Source of the DNA: Actinomycetes bacterium
GTDB taxonomy: Bacteria; Actinomycetota; Acidimicrobiia; Acidimicrobiales; Bog-793
NCBI GenBank assembly: GCA_021829645.1
Contig: JAKBPI010000002.1
Coordinates: 83,568 to 147,567 of the forward strand
DNA length: 64,000 nt
Direction: 5' to 3'
Positions 39,587 through 47,858 of the stretch are shown piece after piece. The first letter of the stretch is position 1; each line of letters starts with the position of its first letter. Made by a program: the position numbers and the translations under genes. A model generated the notes under the pieces. It was given only the letters and a program-made list of their open reading frames with translations, was not told the origin of the DNA and did not search any database.

Positions 39587-40204
39587 ATGACGACGCTGAC
39601 TTTGGAGGAAGACTCGGTTGATACCGATTCCAGCGCGATATCAGAGAAGTATGTGAAGACATGCCTACAAATTATAGGTTTAAATGATTACAGCGCTTCC
39701 ACTGGCATTCTTCTTATTGACGATAGCGAGTTTATAATAGGACAGCAGATTAAACATATCTTAGTTGAGCGGAAAGCAAAAAAAGACTTTACCGATTTCC
39801 CTTCAGTCCTCACTGGCCTAAGGGCACGCTCCGGATTGACATGGAATGAGTTGTCATCTGCTCTCGGAGTATCCAGACGGGCACTTCACCATTGGACGAA
39901 AGGGCAAAGAATATCTGGTTTTCATATTCAACGGCTTGAGGAGTTAGTGCGCCTTATCAATAAGACGGCATGTGGTGATCGAGATCAAACACGAGCCAAA
40001 CTACTTATACCCCGAGACGATGGTCAGTCTCTTCTTTCACAATTTGCTCAAGCTTCTAAACTTCCTCGCTCTGTTCCGATCTCTCATCTAACGTTAGGTG
40101 ATTTTTTCGATGCCGAGCCTTTAGCAGAGGTTGCTGTTGTCGCTACACCCAAAAAGAGAAGTACCATACCTCCAAAGCATATTCCGCCGAGGGATAAGTC
40201 TTAG
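39587..40204 (+). CDS. XRE-family helix-turn-helix protein with flanking domains of unknown function
   Basis: Central HTH LRARSGLTWNELSSALGVSRRALHHWTKGQRIS. ATG lies 20 nt after the upstream stop and is preceded by GGGGAGAG. Confidence 0.65.
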   Translation: MTTLTLEEDSVDTDSSAISEKYVKTCLQIIGLNDYSASTGILLIDDSEFIIGQQIKHILVERKAKKDFTDFPSVLTGLRARSGLTWNELSSALGVSRRALHHWTKGQRISGFHIQRLEELVRLINKTACGDRDQTRAKLLIPRDDGQSLLSQFAQASKLPRSVPISHLTLGDFFDAEPLAEVAVVATPKKRSTIPPKHIPPRDKS

Positions 40205-40208
40205 TGTC

Positions 40209-41189
40209 ATGGATTCAATAAAGCAGAAGCAAGCAATTGAGTATGCTCGGAAAGTGCGGTCTTATATTCAAGGCGAGGTGCTTGACGCCCCCGATCTGTG
40301 TGTTGTGCTTGCATCCTCTAAATGGCCAATGCGCGAAATTTCAGAAGAAGCAGCGCAGCAGTATCAAGGGGTTGCGGATGTTGTTGTTGTCCCCGATCCC
40401 GTAGATCATGTTGTTCTCGTCACTCAAACATGTGATCTGCAAAGAACAGATGCTAACAATATGTTGTGTCAAGTGGCGCCGCTTGTCGATGTGAATGAAA
40501 AGTTTGCCTATGAAGTAATGAAGGGTAGACGACCGGGATGGGCAGCGGTTCCTTGGTATTCAAACTCAGCAGCAGTCGATTTATCCCGTATTACGACTGT
40601 CGAGCGCAGTGTTATTGCTGAGGCTCCTTCCCTTGGGCGTCCCAAAAGTCAAGATCAAAGTTCGTGTTTTTCTGAAGCGGTGAGCAGACACTTTACCCGG
40701 GTTGCTTTACCGGATGAACTTGTTGCGGTTCTCAAGCCTTTTTTGGAAGAGATTAAAAAGCGCCACGATCGCAACACACCGTTGGGAAGCTGTATTGCCA
40801 AGATCCCAGCAAGTGGCCTAAGAGTTGAGGTGGCTGAGTCTGATGGCTCAACTCACGTGCTCTTACTCGTCGTGCTTGAACCACAGGATTTTCCTGAACT
40901 TGCCCACGGAGTTGAAGTGAATCAGAAGATTGTTGACGATTTTATCCGGGAAGGTGAGACTTATGCTGCTGAGAGAGCACTTAATTTAAATAACCCGCTT
41001 TGTTGTCGGCAAGGATGGCTAGCGCTTACAGATATCTGGAGATCCTTGATTATCAAAGTGATTGAGGATAATGAATATAATATGACTTGCGATGTAGAAG
41101 TGCTTTCTGGCTATGAAATGAATTTTACGCGTCTTTGCAATTCCTCAGAACTTGATCTAGCTTATTTGAGTACGAGAGGTGACCTATAA
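40209..41189 (+). CDS. Hypothetical protein (327 aa), no recognisable domain
   Basis: ATG lies 4 nt after the upstream stop. Contains VVLVTQTCDLQR and CCRQGW. No P-loop or obvious catalytic motif. The ORF-track start at 40131 would overlap the HTH gene. Confidence 0.6.
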   Translation: MDSIKQKQAIEYARKVRSYIQGEVLDAPDLCVVLASSKWPMREISEEAAQQYQGVADVVVVPDPVDHVVLVTQTCDLQRTDANNMLCQVAPLVDVNEKFAYEVMKGRRPGWAAVPWYSNSAAVDLSRITTVERSVIAEAPSLGRPKSQDQSSCFSEAVSRHFTRVALPDELVAVLKPFLEEIKKRHDRNTPLGSCIAKIPASGLRVEVAESDGSTHVLLLVVLEPQDFPELAHGVEVNQKIVDDFIREGETYAAERALNLNNPLCCRQGWLALTDIWRSLIIKVIEDNEYNMTCDVEVLSGYEMNFTRLCNSSELDLAYLSTRGDL

Positions 41190-41323
41190 GCCATTGCCGT
41201 TAAACAGCTAAAGTATTAAAACAGTTCCTATGTCTCATTGTTAAGTCGTTACCCATAAGGTAATTGTCAAAAGTACAGTTAGCTGAATGCTGCTTTTATA
41301 TCTTCAGGAGTCAAGTAACTTGA

Positions 41324-41911
41324 TTACTTTCCGGATTCAACCCAAAACCTATTTAAAGCAGACTGTACTTTCACAAACCATACTATGGTACCAAGAAGAG
41401 GTAATAGGAACCAAAGACCTGTTGTGCTTCGCACAGGGGAGTATTTCCCTTGGAGCGAATAGGCTTTTTCAATTTCATAAGGAAAAATAAAAAAAGCCAC
41501 GGGAGAAAGGAAAAACCATAGCAGTAAAGCTCCAACCCCGCTCATACCTCGACCGGTAGCACTTTTAAGTTCGTCATTGACAGCATATGCCCAAAACAAG
41601 CTATAGATTCCTAAGGTAACAATATACAATAAAATCATTATCCCTACCGGTCTTTCTTTACCCACAGAAGTCCTTGCAGCCGAAGGGCTTGGGGGTGGCA
41701 TGGTTGCAGTGGCAACCCCGCTATTTTCAATGGACCGAAGTTGATTTTCCTGACCGGTTGAGATTTGGGATGACTGTCCGGCAGAGGATTCGTAATCTAC
41801 CGAACTTACTGAAGCAGGGGTAGAGGACACAGAGACTTGCGCTCCGCAATTGGTACAAAAAAGTGAACTGCCGGACTCATAGCCCGTACCGCACTTAGAA
41901 CAAAATGGCAC
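41324..41911 (-). CDS. Zinc-ribbon protein with a DUF4234-like membrane domain
   Basis: CSKCG...CTNCG double Cys pairs at the N-terminus, a Ser-rich linker, then hydrophobic ILLYIVTLGIYSLFWAYAVNDELK typical of DUF4234. Confidence 0.7.
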   Translation of the reverse strand: MPFCSKCGTGYESGSSLFCTNCGAQVSVSSTPASVSSVDYESSAGQSSQISTGQENQLRSIENSGVATATMPPPSPSAARTSVGKERPVGIMILLYIVTLGIYSLFWAYAVNDELKSATGRGMSGVGALLLWFFLSPVAFFIFPYEIEKAYSLQGKYSPVRSTTGLWFLLPLLGTIVWFVKVQSALNRFWVESGK

Positions 41912-42705
41912 TCGATTACCCCCTATTGGTTTATGACTTGTAGTGATGATACATACACTTTAAGTCACTACAAAAATAATTGAAGCCAGTTTACTAACCA
42001 GTAAATATCTTGTCAACAATTAGGATAAAAATTTATGATCACATTGTATTAAGTTGTGCTATGTGGAATAGGGCAATTTTTGGAGTTGCAACAAATCAAT
42101 ATGACTGAGTTATAGTATATCTCTACATGCATTGCTATACAAATTTGTAACTTTTATATAACCTAAATAGGTATTTGATTTTCTATAAAACACATGACGT
42201 CTATCATAGATTTTTACAGTCCACTGGATCTATAGTAGTAAAAGAGAAGAGCAGATATTAAGAGATGAGGAATGATCTGCTTTTGTCTATGCACAACTGG
42301 GATTTAGAGCGAGACTTCTTTGCGAATCGATTTTAGCCACACCCCTAAAAATGAGTGTTGTATGTCAACCTAGTGTATAAGTGTTGGGAGTAGTCAATTA
42401 GACAAAGCTTGCCCGGTCTTATTCATATTGATGTGCAATTGTCATTTGGGGTCAATTTTATACGGGCAGAGTGTGGGACAATCGATATATGCGGCTATGA
42501 AGTTGAGTAGTGATTTTGTTGTTTAGAGAGTAATTGGTATGCCGGCTAAAAATTTGTAACCTTCCTAGATCGGGGTACAATACAGAAGAACCGGTATGCT
42601 AAGTAGAACGGCTGTGAATTTTGCACTATACTAAAAGGTCACAGGACAACCCGTGTCTATGGCAGAAAGATGCTTATGTAATCGGGTGATTTAAAAGAAG
42701 TCTAA

Positions 42706-43317
42706 GTGGATCTGTTAAAATCTGTCAAAATCAATTCGCAACTTTTACCCGAGACAGGCAGGGAATACGTTTTGCGTATTGCCAAGATGCGCCAGTCACA
42801 CGTAAAACAGGTACTTCTGATCGAGAGGGAAGTTTTCCCCAGGCCGTGGACTGCTGTGATATATGCCAGCGAACTAAGTCAGCCGGAGACTCGCAGCTAC
42901 TACGTTGCCAAGATAGGTCGACACGTAGTCGGTTACGCCGGGTATATGGTCATATCGGGTGAGGCGCATATCACTACTCTGGCAGTTAACCCAAAGTGGC
43001 AACACAACCATATCGGAATGCTACTGCTGTTCCGTCTTTTGAGCGATGCCACCGGGATGTCCCTTGAGGCAGCCACTCTTGAGGTGAGAGCCAGTAACGT
43101 AGCGGCTCAGAAGCTTTATTTTAAATTTGGTTTTACTCCTGCCGGCATCAGAAAAAATTACTATGCCGAAGTGAATGAAGATGCCATAGTAATGTGGGCG
43201 GAAAATTTGCGGTCGGCAGAATATGCCGAAAGATTGAAATCATTGGGTGCATATCTACAGGAAAAGCTCTCCTTAGAAGGGGATTTGGAGTATAAGGCCC
43301 TTGTGAGGGTCAAATAA
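42706..43317 (+). CDS. rimI: Ribosomal-protein-alanine N-acetyltransferase
   Basis: GNAT fold motifs (IEREVFPRPW, ITTLAVNPKWQHNHIG, LEVRASNVAAQKLYFKFGF). The start is GTG 42706 or ATG 42787. Confidence 0.8.
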   Translation: MDLLKSVKINSQLLPETGREYVLRIAKMRQSHVKQVLLIEREVFPRPWTAVIYASELSQPETRSYYVAKIGRHVVGYAGYMVISGEAHITTLAVNPKWQHNHIGMLLLFRLLSDATGMSLEAATLEVRASNVAAQKLYFKFGFTPAGIRKNYYAEVNEDAIVMWAENLRSAEYAERLKSLGAYLQEKLSLEGDLEYKALVRVK

Positions 43318-43324
43318 GAATAAT

Positions 43325-44365
43325 ATGAAAGGCATGACAAGCGTTTCGGACACAGCGGGAAAGCCACCCGTCTCTTTGGTGTTGGGAATAGAAACTTCCT
43401 GCGATGAAACAGCGGCTGCCGTCGTAAAAGACGGTCGGAAAACGATCTCCTCTGTGGTCTCAAGCCAGATAAAACTCCATGAAGATTTTGGGGGAGTTGT
43501 GCCCGAGATCGCTTCTCGCTCTCACCTGGAATCAGTTATTTACGTAGTGAAGAAAGCGCTTTTGGAAGCCGGCTTGGATGACACCGGCAGCGGAGTGGAC
43601 GCCGTGGCCGTTACCAACGGTCCTGGCCTTATCGGTGCTTTGCTGGTGGGACTTTCGACCGCAAAAGCACTGGCCATGGCTTGGGGAAAACCTTTTATTG
43701 CCGTCAATCATTTGGAAGGTCATCTTTACGCGGCATTGCTCGAGAACGAAGACTTTGCCATGCCGGCAATCGTGGAGCTTGTCTCTGGCGGTCATACCCT
43801 AATTATTTTTATGGAAACCTTGGGCAAGTATCACATTATCGGCTCCACGGTAGACGATGCGGCCGGAGAGGCTTTTGATAAAGTGGCAAGGTTTTTGGGT
43901 CTTGGATATCCCGGTGGCCCTGCCATAGAGCGGATAGCCGCTCTGGGGGATGAAAGTGCAGTCGGATTTCCGCAGCCCATGCTCAACCAGGGTTTAAACT
44001 TATCCTTCAGTGGTTTAAAAACAGCCGTGGTGAATTTTTATAAGCAAAATCCAGACTTTTCCATTCCGGACATAGCGGCCTCTTTTCAGCGCTGTGCGGT
44101 AAATGTACTGGTCTCTAAAGCCGCAGCTGCCGTCAAAGAGACGGGGGCCAAAAGCATCTGTCTTGCCGGAGGGGTAGCGGCAAATTCTTTACTCAGAGCC
44201 GAAACGGAAGCAGCGGCTAAAACCCTTGGAGTCTCTTGCTATTTACCTTCCAGAGCCATGTGTACCGACAACGCGGCCATGATCGCCGCCGCCGGTTTTC
44301 ACAGACTCCAAGCCGACGGAGAGTCGTCTCTTGCCGTCGGTGCTGCTGCCAATTTGAGACTTTAG
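43325..44365 (+). CDS. tsaD: tRNA N6-adenosine threonylcarbamoyltransferase
   Basis: LGIETSCDETAAAVV, NHLEGHLYA and SGGHT motifs. 346 aa. Confidence 0.95.
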   Translation: MKGMTSVSDTAGKPPVSLVLGIETSCDETAAAVVKDGRKTISSVVSSQIKLHEDFGGVVPEIASRSHLESVIYVVKKALLEAGLDDTGSGVDAVAVTNGPGLIGALLVGLSTAKALAMAWGKPFIAVNHLEGHLYAALLENEDFAMPAIVELVSGGHTLIIFMETLGKYHIIGSTVDDAAGEAFDKVARFLGLGYPGGPAIERIAALGDESAVGFPQPMLNQGLNLSFSGLKTAVVNFYKQNPDFSIPDIAASFQRCAVNVLVSKAAAAVKETGAKSICLAGGVAANSLLRAETEAAAKTLGVSCYLPSRAMCTDNAAMIAAAGFHRLQADGESSLAVGAAANLRL

Positions 44366-44454
44366 CTCTTTTCGAAGATACATTACGAGATCCGCATCTT
44401 TTTTGCAAGTACTGCAAACAGCTCTTTTTTGGTTATTTCCAGAATCTAGAAATC

Positions 44455-44498
44455 TTATCAGGTAAGCCTGATAAGATAATTCAGGTAAGCCTGATATA
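44455..44498. promoter_or_regulatory. Two tandem DtxR/IdeR/MntR-type palindromic operators directly upstream of the NRAMP gene
   Basis: TTATCAGGTAAGCCTGATAA (44455-44474, 8-bp arms) and TCAGGTAAGCCTGA (44481-44494) are spaced 23 bp apart. The second ends 16 nt before the ATG. The core AGGTAAGCCT differs at one position from the AGGTTAGCCT of the DtxR/IdeR box. Confidence 0.6.
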
Positions 44499-44510
44499 CT
44501 AGGAGACCAG

Positions 44511-45812
44511 ATGGAACCCAAAGTTGGTATTGAAGTGCACAGAGAGCAAGCCTCGATACCGGATAAGACTGATGTCACCGTGACGAAAAAGCGTCATATG
44601 GCGAAGTTGGTATTTTTGGCTGTTTGGGGACCCGGACTGATAGTCATGTTGGCAGATACCGACATAGGGAGTTTGGTAACGGCTGCTCAGTCCGGGGCAC
44701 AGCTGGGTTACAAAATGATTCTTCCCAATCTCATTTTGATTCCGATTCTCTATGTGGTACAAGAAATGACCGCGAGACTGGGGATTCTCACCGGTAAAGG
44801 ACACGGTGCTCTGATCAGAGAACACTTCGGTAAGAAATGGGGACTTCTCTCGGCGGGGACTTTGTTTGCCTCTTCTATTGGTGCCCTTTTGACTGAATTC
44901 GCCGGAGTTGCCGGTGTAGGGGCACTTTTCGGATTGTCTCCGAATATAACTGTCCCTGTGGCAGCGGCCTTTTTGATAGGCGTGGCCTTTACGGGTAGCT
45001 ATCGACGGGTGGAAAGAATAGGTGTCGCACTGGGTTTGGCAGAGTTGGTTTTCGTTCCGGCAGTTTTTTTGTCTCATCCGAATGTGCATCAGGTCATACA
45101 CGCTTTTGGTCAGGTGTCACTGCATAAGCACTCCTATACGGTGCTTTTAGCGGCCAATATCGGTGCGGTGATAATGCCCTGGATGATTTTTTATCAGCAG
45201 GGCGCTGTTATCGACAAAAACTTAACCAAGTCGAATCTACGAAGTGAAAAACGCGATACGCTCTTTGGCTCTTTCCTAACACAGTTTATAGCCGTTGCTG
45301 TGGTGATAGTTTTTGCCGCCACCATTTGGGCACATCATGGCGGGGGATCCTCGCTTTCGACTGTGGAGAGTATGGCAAGGGGATTACAGCCTTATCTGGG
45401 AAACGTGGCGGCAAAAGTTATTCTCGCCGTGGCACTTACCGGAGCAGCTTTAGTGGCGGCGCTTGTGGCGTCTTTGGCAGGTACCTGGGGACTTTCGGAA
45501 GTATTGGGCTGGCATCACAGCCTCAATGAAAGACTCTCGGCTAATAATGCAAAGTTTTATGTCGCATACGCTTTGGTGCACATCATAGGTGCCATGGTAG
45601 TGCTGGCAAACGTAGATTTGGTGAGTTTGGTAATAGATGTGGAAGTTATGAATGCACTATTACTTCCGATAGTGCTGGGGTTTTTACTGACCCTGGAGGC
45701 AAAGGTACTTTCTGCTCCTTATCGCATGAAAGGAAGTTATCGCGTTGTTGCTACTCTTTTATGCCTTATCACGGTAGGCTTTGCACTCTATAGTATCCCC
45801 ACTGTCATTTGA
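44511..45812 (+). CDS. mntH: NRAMP-family divalent metal (Mn2+/Fe2+) transporter
   Basis: Polytopic membrane protein with an NRAMP-like N-terminal GPGLIVMLADTDIGSLVTAAQSGAQLGYKMI. AGGAGA Shine-Dalgarno sequence upstream. Confidence 0.8.
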   Translation: MEPKVGIEVHREQASIPDKTDVTVTKKRHMAKLVFLAVWGPGLIVMLADTDIGSLVTAAQSGAQLGYKMILPNLILIPILYVVQEMTARLGILTGKGHGALIREHFGKKWGLLSAGTLFASSIGALLTEFAGVAGVGALFGLSPNITVPVAAAFLIGVAFTGSYRRVERIGVALGLAELVFVPAVFLSHPNVHQVIHAFGQVSLHKHSYTVLLAANIGAVIMPWMIFYQQGAVIDKNLTKSNLRSEKRDTLFGSFLTQFIAVAVVIVFAATIWAHHGGGSSLSTVESMARGLQPYLGNVAAKVILAVALTGAALVAALVASLAGTWGLSEVLGWHHSLNERLSANNAKFYVAYALVHIIGAMVVLANVDLVSLVIDVEVMNALLLPIVLGFLLTLEAKVLSAPYRMKGSYRVVATLLCLITVGFALYSIPTVI

Positions 45813-45816
45813 AAAA

Positions 45817-47097
45817 CTAGCCAGGAATAGCTTCAGTAAGCTTTTGTGCAGTTTTGACAATCGTTTCAGCAATGCCGATATCTTCATCGGTCATCAAATT
45901 GGCCATTATCTTAAGCAATATGGACATCACTGTTTTGGAATTCATGCCGGTTGAGATGAGTACGCGAAGTAAATTGGGTTTTCCCATAAGCTGTAAGAAG
46001 AGGCGGGCAACTTTGTAGTAGCGACCATAGTGTAAATCCAGTAATGACTGATATTCTGTCAGTTCACTTGGATTGTCATAGCGTACTGCTTTACTGAGCA
46101 CGGACGCTGCCAGTCGCCCGGATTCATACGCATAAGATATGCCTTCGCCGTTGAAAGGGTTGATAAGACCGGCAGCATCTCCTGCTACCAAATAGCGATG
46201 TCCGCTGAGAGGGGCATTTGACATGCCCATGGGTAGCTTGCCTCCGGTTGGTTCCGAAAGACGGTTCTTTTCTCCCAGTCCCCATGAGGCAGGAGTCTGT
46301 TCTACAAAAGTATCCAGTAAGTGGGTGGTGTTTACTTCTTTCCACTTTGCCATGGTGGATACCAGTCCTATCCCTACGTTGACTCGGCCATCGCCGAGTG
46401 GGAAAATCCATCCGTAACCGGGTAATAGGGTGCCGTCATGTGAATAGATGTCCAATTGGGATTCTATATAAGGGTCGTGACTTCTGGATGAAGTATAGTA
46501 GCCGCGGATGGCTAAAGCGAACGGCAATTTTCTGTCACGCTTCACATCCATGGAACGACCTATCCGGGAATTTGATCCGTCAGCGATCAGCAGATAGTCC
46601 GCTTTGACAGAGATATACGTATCGCGTTGCTTATCTTTTATTTGTATACTGACGCCGTCCTCAGTCGTGCTTACTTCAGTAGCTTCACAGCCTTGCCAAA
46701 TTCGTGCCCCCGCCGCTTTGGCATTTTCCAGGACCAGGGCGTCAAGGTCGTAACGGGTGATGACGTATCCATATTCGGGTAGTCCGGGGATTTTCGGCCA
46801 ATCGAGGGTAAGCTCTTTCCCAAAAGCCCTTGTACGTAAACCGAAATATTTATGGAAAGAGGCCAGAGAGGTTTCCAGCCCCATGTCGGTGAGTTGTCTG
46901 ACGGCACGCGGTGTGAGTCCATCTCCACAAGTTTTTTCCCTAGGGAAAAGTTTCTTTTCTGCCAGTATTACGCTGTAGCCGTTGGAGGCCAACCAAAAAG
47001 CGGCAGAAGACCCCGCCGGCCCTCCTCCGATGATGACTACGTTGCACGTCGATTCGTCAGGCAGGTTCCGTAAAGGTATATCGGTGTCAGTTTCCAC
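45817..47097 (-). CDS. Geranylgeranyl reductase family FAD-dependent oxidoreductase (menaquinone reductase-like)
   Basis: VVIIGGGPAGSSAAFWLA FAD motif, GDAAGLINPFNGEGI. 426 aa. Confidence 0.85.
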   Translation of the reverse strand: METDTDIPLRNLPDESTCNVVIIGGGPAGSSAAFWLASNGYSVILAEKKLFPREKTCGDGLTPRAVRQLTDMGLETSLASFHKYFGLRTRAFGKELTLDWPKIPGLPEYGYVITRYDLDALVLENAKAAGARIWQGCEATEVSTTEDGVSIQIKDKQRDTYISVKADYLLIADGSNSRIGRSMDVKRDRKLPFALAIRGYYTSSRSHDPYIESQLDIYSHDGTLLPGYGWIFPLGDGRVNVGIGLVSTMAKWKEVNTTHLLDTFVEQTPASWGLGEKNRLSEPTGGKLPMGMSNAPLSGHRYLVAGDAAGLINPFNGEGISYAYESGRLAASVLSKAVRYDNPSELTEYQSLLDLHYGRYYKVARLFLQLMGKPNLLRVLISTGMNSKTVMSILLKIMANLMTDEDIGIAETIVKTAQKLTEAIPG

Positions 47098-47271
47098 AGG
47101 AAGATTCTACATTTTCCGAAAGGCAATTGTGACATTTGAGTCTCGAGCGAGAATTATTATGCATTTCTTCCCTACCCCTATGGCCTCTTGGCGCAATTTA
47201 TATTGTTCATTCCAAAGAATGAAGCTTTAAATTTGGTATGCCCCTTCAATCCGTGCTAAAAATTAATAGCG

Positions 47272-47730
47272 ATGGGAAGTCTTAACAGTTACTTACCGAT
47301 ATTTTTATTGGCCGTATTAGCCGTGGCGTTTGCCGCTCTTTCGTTGGTCGCCTCCAAATTGCTGGCGCCGAAGCGGCCTACCGTTGCCAAAGAAGAGCCT
47401 TACGAGTGTGGCATAGTACCGACTTACGAGCCGCCCCGCCGTTTCCCGGTGCGGTTTTATTTGGTGGCCATGATCTTTGTGATCTTTGACGTAGAAGTAA
47501 TATTTCTTTTTCCTTTTGCAGTAATATATAACCAACTGGGAAGATTTGGCCTGGTTGAGATCATAGTTTTTGCACTGGCAGTATTTTTCTCCTTTATATA
47601 CCTTATTGCTAACGGTGCCTTAGATTGGGGACCGGTTAAGGCGACAAAGCCGAATATCGGAGACGGTGCCATGCGGACGACGAGAGGAACCGTCAGGCGT
47701 TACGGTTCTAAAGACAACAAAGCCGCATAG
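47272..47730 (+). CDS. nuoA: NADH-quinone oxidoreductase subunit A
   Basis: Three TM segments and the KEEPYECGIVP motif. First gene of a 14-gene nuo cluster. Confidence 0.9.
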   Translation: MGSLNSYLPIFLLAVLAVAFAALSLVASKLLAPKRPTVAKEEPYECGIVPTYEPPRRFPVRFYLVAMIFVIFDVEVIFLFPFAVIYNQLGRFGLVEIIVFALAVFFSFIYLIANGALDWGPVKATKPNIGDGAMRTTRGTVRRYGSKDNKAA

Positions 47731-47858
47731 CTGTCCTTGTCGCCCCATGACAGATAAGCTCGTTTGCTTATCCTTGTGAATAGATTTGCTAAGTTTATAA
47801 GCGGGTGTTTTGAGCTCTTGTAAAAGTATAAGAGCATTGAGTTTGGAGGAGGTTCCGG

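Noticed and set aside
40131-40208. ORF-track start at 40131 for the third cassette gene, overlapping the HTH gene by 74 nt
   Set aside because: ATG 40209, 4 nt after the upstream stop, gives a normal coupled arrangement. The upstream extension is probably just open frame.
44499-45101. Minus-strand 200-aa ORF opposite the start of mntH
   Set aside because: Antisense to a clear NRAMP membrane-protein frame. Basic, Cys/His/Arg-rich composition typical of spurious antisense ORFs.
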